The notes: generated by a model not told the origin, from the letters alone. Numbered from the stretch's first letter, positions 14,267 through 29,473 are shown. The stretch: 64,000 bases of DNA from Octopus sinensis (GCF_006345805.1 NC_043019.1:8059360-8123359); one strand, 5' to 3'. Made by a program: numbers and translations.

Positions 14267-15784
14267 TTATATATATATATGTATATATATATATATCATA
14301 TAATGATCTTGAGAACTTTCATGGTTTTTAACAATGGGTTTCCAGCCACCCAAATAATTTTAGGAACGTTCCACGTCTTTTTTTTCTCTCATGTTCCTTC
14401 TCGCGGCAAACACAGGGCGAGTACAACAACCGTTTTCGCCTTTTCTACTTCTACCTGTGCACAATCTTTCAAATTAGATTGAGGCAACATTGATCCAAAA
14501 TAGATTTTCCTACTCAGGGGATGTTCTATACTGGGTGACCTTGCTCTCCTTGTACTTATTTTGGGAAGCTTTTTCCAATGCCGAAGCCATAAACTACCGT
14601 TGTTTTCTCTGTTTAATGTAAAATATACAGATTTGAGCAATATGAAAACGAGGTTATACTATAACATTCTGTGCTGACCATGAACATGTGTCTGTTTGAG
14701 TTATTGTTTCGTAACCGTAAGGGCAGCGACCCATGATTTAAATTATTACCCAAGATGATGCAAATGAAGAGAATGTCGTTGCAATTGTTTGTACAATCTT
14801 GCATTTCCGAAAGAACAAGAACAAACTTTCTGAACTTCCATACGACAATGAAAGACAATTTTAAGGCCCTGGTGAATTATACATTCCTTATTTGTATCTT
14901 GTGTTATTTCCAGAATCATTCGGAGTACAATGTGAAAACATGTATTTGCGTATACATGAACACTTTCTCTTCTGACATGTACATAATCGTCTTGCATATC
15001 TATGCACGTATGCATCATGCGTGTGATGTGTGTATGTATGTCTGTGTGTGTACATATACGCAGAAACAAATATATATATATATATATACATACATATAAC
15101 CATATTCAATATGTTTTATGCACAAGAAAATTATATTAAAGTCAATTTAAAATAAGAATATCTGAAATGGTTGTAAGCGAAATATTTATCACAACTAATT
15201 ATGATAACACATCCTGATCAACTTTCTAACCGAGTGCTTCATATCGCTAAAAGAAAAAAAAAATCAGAAAAATTCTTCAGAAACATTAACAGGTAATAAA
15301 AGTAAGCTAATTACATCCAACATAAGAAAACCTCAAGAAATATAAAACAAAATTTACATGAAAAGATACATAAAAGCTAAAAAGAAACAGAAATTGAATT
15401 TGCTTTTTTTTTAAGTGATGGAAAAGAGATAAATAGATGAAGGAACGTTCTGGAATTAACCATATTTTTCACTGTTGCTATTAGTTTCCATAAATGACAG
15501 AGTTACAACCAGTGTCCTGATAGATTTTCACTATCTGTATACAGCCATGATTGGAAGTGTGTTGCATTTTGTATATCAAATCCTTACAAGAAACCATTCC
15601 TTCAAAATTCTGGGCAATAGGATACTCAGTGCGATCTCATTACGTAAGCGTTACGTTTTCTTGTTGCCAATAGAAATACCAAAATATTTCTTATGCGTAC
15701 AGAAGAGGTGTTGCGCGTTTTAATTGTGCGTAAATGTTATGAGATTGATGACGTATCCTCTCTTGCTGTGATTCGTAAAGAGAT

Positions 15785-15915
15785 CGGAGGCCAACAGTAC
15801 TGGTACTTAGTATATCGACCGCGAAAGGACGAAAGGCAAAGTCAACCACGGCGGACTTTGAACACAGAACGTAACGGCAGACGAAATGCTGCTAAACATT
15901 TCGCCCAGCCTGCTA
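15785..15915 (-). mobile_element. tRNA-derived SINE, family B
   Basis: Reverse complement of gtgttcaaagtccgccgtggttgactttgcctttcgtcctttcgcggtcgat, homologous to 17499-17700. Confidence 0.8.
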
Positions 15916-17133
15916 ACCATTCTACAAACTTGCTGCCATAATCAACGAAGCCATATTTGTTTCAAATTTTGGTACAAGGTGAACAGTTTCGAGGAACGTT
16001 GTAATCGATTTAGATCGAACCAGTGAATAACTGGTATTTGTCGTATCGACTCTGAATCGCCGAAGTCATTGAAATTCATTCTCAAATGTTGACTTTCATT
16101 TGTTCGCGGTATAATCCTTGCATCCTACAGCTTTCTTCTATATGAGTCAATATACTCACAGACTACACACCTGTACGCGACTACACACCTATTTATCTAG
16201 AGAAAACTAGATATGTTTGTCGATCACCTGTGCACATATGGCAGATATACAAGTATGTATTATCTTGAGCATATATGTCGAAATCTTTCAACAAACTTAA
16301 CTTTCCTAACAACAGTGAGTAAATTTCTTATTAAATAATATCTATTAAATAATTAATTAGTAAAAACAAACTGAAATATTGCTTTCAGTTTAGGAGAGGA
16401 TAGCTTTACGCAGTCTCCCGGTCGAAAACAATTTCTCTATTCAATTTATCTTAATTTCATTTCTTTTGAAGTGCTTAATGTTTTTCTTATCATTCCTCTC
16501 GACCGTTAAATTCATTATTAATACTAGTTTATCATGTTCTACGTAATTGTTACTGCGCAATACACACATAAGAAACTTAGCAATGCAATGGAAGCAGAAG
16601 CGAGTAAATTATGTTGCAGTCTTCGTTAAACAGCAGCAACTTATATTTAACTGAACACATGTGTTACATTCTGTTAATAGACATAGCTAACATCGTTCGC
16701 GGAGAGAGAAATTTGTGACGCCCCATTGATGTAATTATTAGTTGTAATTTTTGTGCGTTACCTTATATGTCTGTTGATTGAGCAGACGCACATATGATTA
16801 GCTAAATTCACTCTATCAACATACGACTTTATTTGCCTTTGTCTATAAAGCATTCACGACTAGATTAGCAAACGAACATTTCACATTTTAAGAAGATATG
16901 ATTTAAGAACGTTTTGGCAGTTATCTCTAGAAGTCGAGAGATAACATAGAAACAACATCGTTGAGGGAGATATATTTTAGTCATTTATCTACGCACGCAA
17001 CCCACACAATTTTCAGCAACTATGATCGGATTGATAATCTGGAACATTTAGTAATTCTGAGGTTACATCATTTAATCACAAATTGTTGCAATTTAACCTG
17101 TTGATTAGTTTTTATCTCAAAACCGTAGCTATT

Positions 17134-17326
17134 CTTGGGTAAAAGAAAGTACAGGGGATCGGTTTATGATGATTTTATTGAACATATACGCCTCCCAGAT
17201 TCACACACTTATTGGCAGCAGTTCTTCAGGTTTTCGAAAGCCCGTAAATGAACTCGGACGATCGGACCTGCAACCGGGACTTTTGTGGTGCCCTTAAAAC
17301 CAGGAATTTTTCAGCACCCCTTCGTA
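17134..17326. mobile_element. Mariner-type MITE; right TIR recognisable, left TIR eroded
   Basis: 3' end reverse-complements to TA-CGAAGGGGTGCTGAAAAATTCCTGGTTTTAAGGG, a mariner-like TIR at a TA target. Confidence 0.6.
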
Positions 17327-17498
17327 TTGCATGGTAGTTCGAAAGAGATTAAGAACAGAATTGGATCTAGCCAACGTTAAAATCCTCCCCACAAATACTG
17401 TGCGAACTCTCGGAGCACACACATACATACAAATAGAAAAACACACGCACTCACACATGCCAATACGCATATCTCGTTGACGTTTTATATATACGCGC

Positions 17499-17700
17499 GG
17501 GCGAGCTGGCAGAAACGTTAGCACGCCGGGTGAAATACTTAACGGCATTTCATCTGCCTTTACGTTCTTAGTTCAAATTCCGCCGAGGTCGACTTTGCTT
17601 TTGGCTTCCTTTCGGGGTCAGTTGCATACTGGGGTCGATCTAACCGACTGGCGCCCTCTCAAAAATTTTCGGGCCTTTTACCTAGAGTAGAAAAGAATAA
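17499..17700 (+). mobile_element. tRNA-derived SINE, family B
   Basis: ggcgagctggcagaaacgttagcacgccgg...gttcaaattccgccgaggtcgactttgc...ggggtcgatctaaccgact; B box gttcaaattcc. Confidence 0.9.
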
Positions 17701-18260
17701 GGCTGATAAAGAATCTATCTATAGTATGAAATCGAATTTACATTCTGAATGGACCTAGCTATTACTTATGTTTTTGCGTAATTACGTGACTTTAACGCAT
17801 CATCTAATTAGCGATGATATCAATGGCATAGCCATCTTAAAATTTCTAGTTGCGAATACAGAATATTGTGAATACGCTACATGGTATTTTGCCTTGCATA
17901 TTCTGAACCGGAAACCAACTTTTATCACCATTAACGTAACGGGACATAAATGCATGAAGCCTGATTGTTTTGACCGGTATTAATATAAAAATATTTGAAC
18001 GCAACATATTTGTATAAACTCTGTACGGTACATGTATATGAATTATATTTTTCATAGCAGTATGAGATATATCAATGGAAAACGAGTTCTGTACGAATCT
18101 CGCTGTATAATCCCCAGGTAATTATAGATTGAAAGGAAAATACGAAAACAAAATGACAAAAAAAATAACGGAAGCGCATTAAAACGAAATGAATAATGAA
18201 AATACAGGTAGATAAAACGTGTTTAAGAAATAAAAAAAAAATGTAGTGGTTCTGGTTTGA

Positions 18261-18503
18261 AAACGGAAAACTCGTAAATATTGTGGTGAGAACATATCAT
18301 TGGGAATTCTATGGTGCAACGGTGGAAGCGAAGAGAAGAAGCTATGTGTTGTGTGTTGTGAAGCATTTCCCAATGAAAGCATGAAGCCAACCAAAATTCC
18401 TCGTCATTTAGAAGCGAAGCATGAAAAAGCATTAACGGAACCTGTTGAATCTATTCCACGAAGACACCAAGCAAGAAATAACTTTCATGACAAAAGTCAA
18501 TAG
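18261..18503 (+). pseudogene. hAT (Buster/Charlie/SPIN-type) transposase remnant, N-terminal BED zinc finger
   Basis: Translation LCVVCCEAFPNESMKPTKIPRHLEAKH fits the C-x2-C...NESMKPSKLxRHLxxKH signature of Buster/ZBED5-type transposases. Confidence 0.8.
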
Positions 18504-18567
18504 AAAAAAAAACTGACCAGTTGACTGTAATGATGAGGAGGATGAGGAGGATGATGTTGATGATGAT

Positions 18568-18660
<93 letters not shown>

Positions 18661-18661
<1 letters not shown>

Positions 18662-19213
18662 TCGAAAAGAAAGTGGAGATATAGTGAAGGTACAAAGACC
18701 TCGAAACTGAAGTTGTCAAGATATAGGACATAAAGGTGAAAAGAATACCAGTAATAATTGGAGCATTGGGCATGGTAAGAAAAACAAATGAACAAAAACG
18801 TAGAAGCTATACCTGGATCCTCACTACTACACAGTGTCCCAAAATGGCCCTGCTAAGTACAAGCCACATACTGCGCAAGACACTATCAAATCAATAATAT
18901 AACCTAAACAAAACAATCCTGGAACACAAAATACACTTTATACAGCAAATATCCAATGAAATAAACTATCACCAGTAGGTTGGATACTCAATGCATTACA
19001 TACACAATCCACACTACAAATACTAATACAAGAAAAGACTGCACCACACTCCATAAAGTAAAGAAAGTTACAATAAAATACAGGGTAGTGTTTACACACA
19101 CCCAACAACAAAGAAAACAAAATACTGCAGACCTTCCTGCAAAACGAAAGTGTAGCAGGTGACGGATTAGAATATTGCCATATGGTGAATAATGACAATA
19201 ATAATAATAATAA
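18661..19213 (+). mobile_element. R4/Dong-clade non-LTR retrotransposon 3' fragment (family 1)
   Basis: Degenerate ORF RYKDLETEVVKI*DIKVKRIPVIIGALGMV...ALLSTSHILRKTLS matches the C-terminus of the restriction-like endonuclease domain. A 3' UTR ends in (TAA)n, and (TAA)n/(TGA)n lies upstream. Confidence 0.85.
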
Positions 19214-21513
19214 TTATAATTTGATGGCAGTTGGCCTTTTTCACACGGTCGTTTTTGATAACGAACCGATTTCTATTTCTCAAACCGTAGCTGGTTTCAT
19301 CACATTTGTTGCCCAAGGAAGACATGTTATTTGACCCTGTGGTACTTCCAGCGTGTATGTGATCGGGGAAGTTGTATCATTGATCACTATTCTCGCATGC
19401 TACACAAACATGAGTAAAAACAATGGCGACAGAAGCATAATTGAACTGTAGGAAGACAATACAAAAGAGTAAAAGCTTTATTTAAAACAATAACATTCCG
19501 AATGAAAGCCATGCACGCTGTTAATTTGAAAGCATTCACAGTTTCATGAAGTGAAAGTCTTATATTATTAAGAAAGATCATCCTCTTTAATCCATAACTA
19601 TGTGATACTTTCCATGCCTTTCACTTTCTTTTAACCCACTTTCTCTCTCTTCATCTCTCTTTCCTATAGATTTATCTTCCTATCAGACGCATCATTTCCC
19701 GCTTTCATCTCAATCATTGCTTGAACTATTCGCCAACCTTATCTGTATCCTTCCTCCTTTTATCTATTTCTCTTTCAGTTCTTCGCTTCTATTTCACGCT
19801 TCATTTTATTCTACTTCCTTCTCCTCAGTTCCAAGAAATAGTCTTACTCCCTCCTCACTCTCCCTCCTCTCTCTCTCTCTCTCTCTCACTCTGTTTAACA
19901 GTCTCCTAATCCTCTTCTACCTCTTCTCCTTTTTCTCTGAAGTGGAATTTGTCAGTTCAGTCTGAAATCCAGGAAATCGGGTCAAATAGAAAGCGGGGTG
20001 CTTACAGCGCAGAGAAAACGCTCTGGTTAAGCTTCTTTGTCTAAAAATACTTTCGTCGACATCATGTATTAATTATGTAACATATTCGACCTTCAAGAAA
20101 TAGTAGTCAAATTCCCTCAAATTCCACCAACGACATGATATATATGTACCTAATCATGCGTCTATATAATAACCCTGTTTCCCCCAATATAGTGACGAAC
20201 TGACAACTCTTAGGAGAGCCACTCCATGGTCAACTGATGTCCTAGATATAGTAGGCATATGTACCTCTAATCGCATGTTTTGTCTATTTAAATAAAAATA
20301 AAGATAAAAAATAATGAATAAAAATTTTATAAAAATTATGGAAACACATGTTTGACTATGTAGTGCTTCAATTCCCAGGCGATGAGTTGTGATGGATGGA
20401 CCATGTTTTAGCGTTGATCTGTTTAGCGTTGACTTGCGGGTTCAACAGCAACAGCAACTACCAAACAACCATCTAATCAAACCAGCTTTCAACGAAACCA
20501 TCCATTTAACTATTCACTTACGAAGGCTGCAGCAGCAGCATCCATCCATCCCCAACCAACCCCCGACCATTTAACCACAATTCCATCTATCTAACCATCC
20601 ATGTCCTTTCAACAATCCAAATATAATCCCATGCCAATCACCACCTAACACATCTACATACACACACAACGATGACATAGAGAAAAGTTGAAAGGAAGCA
20701 CACCTACATCGCAACCTCACTTCCCTCCCCACCATCTCAATCAAACCCTCTCACACTTTCTTCCATCCCACTCTTTCTTTAACTCTTTCCTATCCTCTTT
20801 CATCATTTTATTCTCTTTTGTTCATCTCCTTTATTAATCCCTTTCTCTATATCCTCTCCGCATCCTCGTTCCCTTTCTTTTTTTCTGTCTTTCTTTCACT
20901 TCCTCTCTCTTTCTCTCTTGGTGCTACGCAATGAACCGCTTCCTACTCCGACACTCTCAATGAAACTCTGTCCTTCCCTCACTTTCAATACTTCCCTCTA
21001 TTACTTTCTCTATCTCTTCCACTCTTTTCTTTACTCCTTCTCTCTATCAGTCAATCACTATCTTCCTCTTCCCACTCTGATTCTCTTTCATTCTCTTTCT
21101 TTTTCATTTTCTCTCTCTCTCTCCCTCTAACCATTTTCTCTCTATATTTATTAATCTATATTTTATCTCTCATTAATCCTTTCATCCTCTCTCTCTCTCT
21201 TATCACTTGCTCTCTCCCTCTCTCTTTATATATATATATATATTTAACGCTTCCCCTTCTATCTTTCACTCCTCCTCTCTCTCTTCTCCTTTCTTTCCAA
21301 AACCTCCTATCACGAAGTCATTACCCTAATGAATGCTCCGTAACCAGAGACAACAGTTAAGGTACATACAGCAAGTTTGATCATTTTCTCCCTCTCCACA
21401 TCTCTCTCTCTCTCTCTCTCAGTCTTCCTCTCTCTTTCTTCCTCTCTCTTTCTTCCTCTCTCTTTCTCTCAACATCATCATCTCACTCAGTCTCTCCTTG
21501 CTATTCTCTCTCT

Positions 21514-21544
<31 letters not shown>

Positions 21545-21692
21545 TCCTCGTTTTTCTCTCTTTCATACTCGTTGCATTAAACCTTTATACATGTGCAATA
21601 ACACAATGTGCAACATCGCTGCCTTCAATGGAAACGCAATAGAATGCTGCATGCCTAATTCTGCAAAGACAATTCCATGTTGAATTGGTTAT

Positions 21693-21791
21693 GGGTTTGG
21701 TGGGGGTGTGGGGGTGGGGGGTGCAGCAGTGTTCAACAGAGTAGGGGAATGTTGTGGTGGGAGAGGGGAAAGAAGCGAGGGGGTGGGTGGG
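21693..21791 (+). other. G-rich tract with potential G-quadruplexes
   Basis: G-runs at 21693-95, 21702-06, 21710-14 and 21716-21, with further G3+ runs to 21791. Confidence 0.5.
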
Positions 21792-21979
21792 TATATATAT
21801 ACGGTTTATGGAAAGAGAAGGAGGAGGAAGGGGAGGATGAATCGTTCGACATCGCTTTGTTTCACCGTTTTCCAAACTATAAACCTGCGCCGAGTGATTC
21901 AGCCTTGTTTCATGTTTGTGTTCGCGGCGGTTTGTTGCTCTTGTTGTTGTTGCTTTTGCTACGCTCTAATTGCATTTGT

Positions 21980-22017
<38 letters not shown>

Positions 22018-22559
22018 TTATCTACTTTATGTGGTGTGTGTGTTTATGTCTTCTATTCGGTGCTGAGTGTTCTGTGCAGCAGATTGGAGAAGTAGCTGTG
22101 CTAATGCATATCGTTTGGGCACGCACACACACACACACACACATATATATGTGTGTGTGTGTGTGTATGTGTGTATGTATGTATGTATGTATATATGTAT
22201 ATATATATGTATACATACACACACGCACACAGACACACACACTCACGCACATACATATACATACAAATATATATAGGTCTATCTATATTGGCTGATATAG
22301 TGTAGTGTAGTGTTTGTGTGTGTTTGTGTGTGTGCGTGTGTATATTTTTGTGTGTGTTTGCGTGCGTCTAGTGTGCGCGTGTGTGCGCGCGCGCGTATCC
22401 TTTGCGGTTTTGGAATTTTGTATAAAGGTTTGTGTTCATTTAATTCATTGCCGAATAAAGTATGTAGTGCACGCTGATTATATGTGTGCATGTGTACGTA
22501 TATGTCTCCCTATACGTTCATATATACATACATACATATATACATATATCCATGCATAC

Positions 22560-22610
<51 letters not shown>

Positions 22611-22663
22611 ATAATATATATATATAATTATATATATATGTGCGCGTGTGCGCATATTTGTAA

Positions 22664-22743
<80 letters not shown>

Positions 22744-22882
22744 GTACATATGCATGTGTATGTATATGTGTGTTACACTTCACTGTATATAAGAACATAT
22801 CCGTATATACGTAAATTAATAGAGGCAGATCGATAGATAAGTCATTCGCAAGCACAATCACACACACACATACTAACTTTCC

Positions 22883-22915
<33 letters not shown>

Positions 22916-24299
22916 GCAAACACACACACCCACACACACACACACAAACACACGTGCACACATCTATCGCTCACACAAAGTCTTTTGTTTCGAAGTTTTT
23001 ATATAATCAGTTATCCGTCGATCGGTCTTTCATTCCATCACTCGCCCTCACCCTCTCTCTCTCGTACCCACACACTAAGAAACAAACACACCTTTTCAAT
23101 CCCAATCTCTCTCTCTCTTTCTTTGTCTCTCTCTCTCTCTTACCCCTTTTCTTCAACATCCGATCACATATTACATCATACCGCCTCACCCACTCCTCTT
23201 TAACAGGTTCATGCATTAACGACTTCTCTGTCAAACAGGATTCTTTGAATTAGTCTTCACATATGTGTCTGTCATGCTTTCAATTCACGACATTTCTATC
23301 TCCCTTCAACACGCCCTCTTGCCACAACTCTCTCTCTCTCTTCCTCTCCTTCACTCCCTTCCTCTCTCATCCCCCCTATACGCTGTATGTAAATCCAGCT
23401 GAAGATCAAAAATCTTAAGAACTAGAAGATTGTATGAACATCTCAGCGGCCAAAATAACTGCGGCCGTGCAAAATCTGAGGGATCCATTGGGAAGAAAAT
23501 GGTTCCGCTGAACATAATTGCCCTAGAATAATTGCTGGTGTTTTTGGTATCTTTAACAGTAGTTCTTTGAGTTTCATCATCGACTTTGCTTTTCTTTTTT
23601 CCTGATTTTATTTTGTCTCATTAATCTTGGCAATTTAGGACAATGATATTGCGTGAACGAAAGAGAGCAACTTTTATCTGTTTGCTAGATTTGCTGGAAA
23701 TCGCAACCCAGTGTCCCTCGGATCAAAGTGTCATGCTTTAGAAACGCAAGGGATGAGCCTATGATATGATGCTGTTTTATAAAGAGCTCTGAACAGAGAA
23801 TTCGATCGTTGAAATAGTTTATTTGATATGTTGGTGGGGACGAGATTGAATAGGGGCGAAAAAGACAATAAAGACATTAGACAAATAAAAGAATGAGAAA
23901 ATATACAATAGCAACAACAGGGAAAGCAGGAGTTGCAACAATAACAACAATTACAAGAGCAATATTTAATAGAAGTGCAGCAACACCAGCAGTAGCAGCC
24001 TATTACTTCTTTGAAAGGAGGTGAAGGTCATAATTGGTATGGATTTCATCAGAAAACCGCGTGATTAGGTTTCTACTGTCGTTAAATATAATAACCACAA
24101 CAACGATAAGGACATTGGATTCGATTGACTATGTTCAGTCCACTGCTGCACGAAGGCCTCAGCATGTCCTCTCCACTAGATACGGTCTGCATTCCAGGCT
24201 GTTAATTTGAGTTTTAAATCATACAAGATTGATGGGCTTCCTCTGCCACACTGGATCGACACGGCTTGGAAGGTGAAGGGCAGTTGTTTATACTCATAC

Positions 24300-24446
24300 C
24301 CAGCATTTGTACTTGTTTTATCCACCCCGAAAGGATAAGAAGCAAAGTCGATCTCGGCGGAATTTGAACTCATAACTTAGCTACGGGCGAAAATCAGCAA
24401 AATACTTCACCTGGCGACGCGATCGATTCAGCCAGTTCGCCGCCTA
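24300..24446 (-). mobile_element. tRNA-derived SINE, family B (diverged)
   Basis: aagcaaagtcgatctcggcggaatttgaactc...ccagttcgccgcct is the reverse complement of the family B head. Confidence 0.75.
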
Positions 24447-25684
24447 TGACCAAAAGCAGACCTCCTCCAACCAACATGTATGGTGTTTACCTTTTTAAAA
24501 GAATAATGTGCTCTTCTTTACTTATATATAACTTGAGTGCTATATTTGAAATTGAACTGTTATCTCTAGCAGACCAAGCAATTACAAGTAGTTTGGTTTC
24601 TTTTGGCTCAACCAACCCCGTGTTGCATATTCTACTGTGTTTTGCTGCCATGTTCAAAAACAGCCATTAATCTGCCATTTATATCTCTCTCTCTCTCTCT
24701 TACCTTCTCTCTCTTTCCTTCTTTCTCATTTTTACTCACACCATCAAACGCCACGCATATTTCCTTTGCTTCCACCGTTCCGCAACGCCACCTATCACCG
24801 TCCCTCTTTTTCTCCATTTATCTTTCTCTCTATCACAATTTTTTTTATGGTCAGTTGCAGGGTAATATACCTGTTTGATGTTTTCCAGTAATTGTAACAA
24901 TTATGGTGTTCCGAATTCCTGATTAATTCCAAATTACGTGGCAATAATGTCTTTGAAATATTCGTCAAGTTTCTAGCTCTTCATTAGGGCGACAGAATGT
25001 TTGGACGATTGTAGTGCATATCGAGGGTTCTTTTAATGAGCAATATTCATACAATTTGCCGAAGAGAAATGAAAGTTAACTCGTTTTACATTTTATCGCT
25101 TTCCTTTGTTGTTGCTGTAATGGCGTGCGTTGCTTTGCGCTGCAATCGGTATTTTTACGATGCTATATTCTATGAACGAATGTTGTGCAAAGCGGCTTGT
25201 ATTATAGGATATGATAGGATGTGATAGAAGCATTCAAATAATATTGCTAGTTGAATGTAGAGCGATTTTATGGCTGTTTGGGGAAAGGAACATGACGCCA
25301 GTACAACACCTTCGGCTAGAGTGCATCAATTGCTGCGCTATGGGATCGAACCGAGCGACACATGGTTTTACTCATAGATTGTTCAATACAGGAGCTTACG
25401 ACTCCCTCTTCTCTGTATATATGTCTATGTCTATCTATATATCTATTAAATGCATGCATACATGCATATGCATATGGGTGAGTATGTGTATATATGCGTG
25501 TGTATGTGTATGTGTATGTGTCCATATACATGTAGACATACACGCACACACACAAATGTATCCGTATTTAAAATTTTGTATGATCATCAACCGAACGTAA
25601 TTTGTGAGTTTTACATGACTGAATGCAGAAATGGAGAACATATTTATATATGTATGTAGGTATATATATATGTATGTATGTATG

Positions 25685-25745
<61 letters not shown>

Positions 25746-25946
25746 TATATATATATATATTTACTTACATATATATACGTATATATATATCTACACGCAT
25801 GTATATGTGTGTGTGTGTATCTATTTACATATATCCATACGCAAACACACACACACACATATTTATATATGTATTTATGTATGTATGCATTCCCTCCACC
25901 TCTCCAACCGTTCTTGTTATATATTTTATATTTCGTGTGTGTGTGT

Positions 25947-25983
<37 letters not shown>

Positions 25984-26746
25984 AAGATGGCGAAAGCGAA
26001 AATGATGCGACAACAATTATAAAAACACAAACATTGACGACAAAAAAAAAATGTCTTCAGCAACAATTAGCCTGCACGTGGTTGCGAGTAGGGACATGCA
26101 GTTTATTTGCATTTTTGTGGCCATCGCTATTTAATTCAAGTCAGCCAAACGCGATTTCATTGATTTCCCAGTTTAGTAATTTTAAATATTTTTTTCCAAT
26201 TTTTAAATATTTTTTGTCCCCAATTTAGAATTGCAGCGTTATGAAACCGTAACTTATGCATTCTGATTAGATTCCACTAATTATTTACAGAATTTATATT
26301 ATTCCCAGATGTTGCTTTTCAACTAGTTTTGTTTTTATTCGTTTCTTTGGATTCAACAGGTCAACTATAAAATTTGGTTCATGCACAACCGATATCTCCA
26401 TAACCTTATTTTGCAGTTTGCGAAAAGAAAACGATTAATTGAGAACACAAATGAGAAAAGGGTGGCTGCGAAATACAGACCTAAACTTCAGAGGCCCTCA
26501 TGTGGTGTGGTCAACTCACCTGCATTTATGCTGGTAAATTTCGATCCAAGTAAATAAAGCATTCAGTTTTAAACAAATTTAGTTAACAATAAATGCAAGT
26601 AGAATACACATACGATCGAATTCCTTTATATGACAAGTAGATCCTCTTGTCAGTTTTGTATGAGGAATTCTGCAATTAAAGATACGATTTGGCCTAACAA
26701 TATTTTTGCTATAAACATAATATATGTATATATCTATATCTATCTC

Positions 26747-26807
<61 letters not shown>

Positions 26808-27182
26808 ATATATATATAATATAATGCCATAAAGGCGAAAACAAATTTCTGTGTGTCAGTGTGTCACGCCGTAACCTCCCTCTCTCACTATCCAATGATA
26901 CTTCTTTGTGCAGGGGTGAGAATAATAGTAGGCATAGAAGCGTTGAGGACGGTGGTGAAGACGCAGAGAAAACGTGAAAGGGAGAGAGAGAGAGAAACAA
27001 AGAAAGAAAAAACAGCGGGAAAGAAAGAGAGATCAAGAGATTTTGGGAGAGTTGCTGATGTTTTATTAAAACTAGTAGTGTTGATGATGCAAGTGTGAGT
27101 AATATTAAAAGAGAAAAAGAGAGACACTCATACATACACATACGTGTGTGCGTGTACATGTATATATATGTGTGTGTGAGTT

Positions 27183-27230
<48 letters not shown>

Positions 27231-27814
27231 TGCATCGCCCATGTTATTTGTGAAGTCTTAAGCTGTTGCATGTTTCTAGTCTCAAGTAAATCGACAGCGC
27301 AACAAGGCAAGTCATTTGACAGGGGTTGCTAAAAATATGCACGCGTATTTTGTGTGTGCGTTTGTGGATGTGCGCGCGGCGCTATTCGAGATTTTATGCT
27401 TCTCTATACACATATATGCAAATAACAATATATAATTCAATGAATGTTGTCGAACGTTCCTAGCAGCTACATGGACCTACAATTATTTAGCACAGAAAAT
27501 ACTTTCATTAGCAGACAAAACAGAGATTACATCTATTTCACATTTCAAAGTTTTTACGCAAAAGTTTTGCGCAAACAGCTGAAAGAGGGGCGGGGTATGG
27601 CCGTGATATCTTTCATCATAAAAGCCTGTTTGACTACAGATGACCAGCTACTGAAATCAAGAACTACGCGCATAGCTCTCTCCTCTCTCCGACTGCACTC
27701 TCCATCTCCATCTCTGTCTCTCAATCTCTCTTTTTCTTTCTCTCTCTCTCTGTATATATAGGGAGAGTTTACGAAATATATATATATATATATACATATA
27801 TACATATATATATG

Positions 27815-27848
<34 letters not shown>

Positions 27849-27918
27849 GTGTGTATATATATATACACACACACACACACGCACACATATATATATATAT
27901 ATATATATACATATATAC

Positions 27919-27959
<41 letters not shown>

Positions 27960-27979
27960 CATATATATATAATATATAT

Positions 27980-28010
<31 letters not shown>

Positions 28011-28015
28011 GTATG

Positions 28016-28064
<49 letters not shown>

Positions 28065-28148
28065 ATATATATATATATATATAATATATATATATATATA
28101 GATATAGATAAGAAAGTTTGTTTGGTAAAGCATGTGGGTGAATATAAT

Positions 28149-28451
28149 AGAAAATAGTAAAGTGTGAAAAAACGACAGAAGGCTTAAATGTTAAAAAATA
28201 TATATATTTGTGTCAAAATGTCTGGAGAATATTGGAAAAATTTTTTTCCTTTCCTTAAAATGACATAATTATAAAATTTTTAAAGAAATTACCGGTTTCG
28301 CGTGTAGCTTTTCAAATTTCTTGTGACGTTATGTTTATATTGCATGGAATTATCGTTGTGTTTATTAACAGGAGATTTCTAAATAAGGAGAGGTAGTGAG
28401 TGATTTCTTCCGGTGTAAGGGAGATAATCGCTTAAAAATTTTTTTCTCCCT
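28149..28451 (-). repeat. Left arm of ~303-bp inverted repeat
   Basis: Reverse complement of 29172-29473 with only a few substitutions and homopolymer indels. Confidence 0.95.
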
Positions 28452-29163
28452 CTAGAGGATGGGATCAGTCGTGCAACAGAAATCAACATAGAAACTTTAA
28501 GAAAAGTTCAACACAACAACACACCTTCCCCGAAAATACTACCTTACATATCTACATACAACCCCAGAAACAAAGAAGCCTTCACCATCATCACCCAGAA
28601 TTTACCAATACTTCATAAAAACCCAAAATTAAAGGAAATTCTAAACATACACCAAATCATTAAAAGCTACAAACAGCCTAAATCACTTAAAAAGATTCTC
28701 ACAAAGGCAAAATTGTCTTCTAAAATTACGGATGCAAAAGTAAAAAAATGTGGTAGATCGAACTGTGCAACATGTCCTAACCTATTGGAAGGATCAGAAT
28801 TCTTCTTTAAAGAGGGACAGAAATTCAAGATCAAATCTAACTTTACTTGTGCCTCTGAAAACATAATTTATGTTATTAAATGCTCGGGCTGCCACCAAGA
28901 CTACGTGGGTTCAACGGGACTATCACTCAGGCGTAGATGCACACTGCATCGACAACAGATTGCATTCCCAGAATATAGAATGATACCTTTTAGTGAGCAC
29001 ATTGAAATGCGCAAAGCAAATACTGCCACAATTTTTAATCTTCCCATTTTACCAATGTGCTTTCGGATCATCAACACAAATGAGACTGAACAAGGAAACA
29101 TTCTTCATTGAAAAGTACAAACCCAGACTCAACCATCCGAACATACTGACACAGAGAAATTAA
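28452..29163 (+). pseudogene. PLE ORF C-terminus: linker, Cys motif and GIY-YIG endonuclease, one frameshift near 29007
   Basis: LEDGISRATEINIETLRK...LPYISTYNP...KKCGRSNCATC...NFTCASENIIYVIKCSGCHQDYVGSTGLSLRRRCTLHRQQI...PFSEHIE, frameshift, then CAKQILPQFLIFPFYQC...RLNKETFFIEKYKPRLN...*. Stop TAA at 29161-29163. Confidence 0.92.
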
Positions 29164-29171
29164 CAAGGAAA

Positions 29172-29473
29172 AGGGAGAAAAACATTTTTAAGCGATTATC
29201 TCCCTTACACCGGAAGAAATCACTCACTACCTCCCCTTATTTAGAAATCTCCTGTTAATAAACACAACGATAACTCCATGCAATATAAACATAACGTCAC
29301 AAGAAATTTGAAAAGCTACACGCGAAACCGGTAATTTCTTTAAAAATTTATAAATTATGTCATTTTAAGGAAAGGAAAAAATTTTTCCAATATTCTCCAG
29401 ACATTTTGACACAAATATATATATTTTTTAACATTTAAGCCTTCTGTCGTTTTTTCACACTTTACTATTTTCT
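29172..29473 (+). repeat. Right arm of inverted repeat (PLE 3' UTR/pLTR)
   Basis: Begins 9 nt after the ORF stop and is complementary to 28149-28451. Confidence 0.95.

Noticed and set aside
27587-27595. GC box GGGGCGGGG
   Set aside because: An isolated motif with no other promoter evidence.
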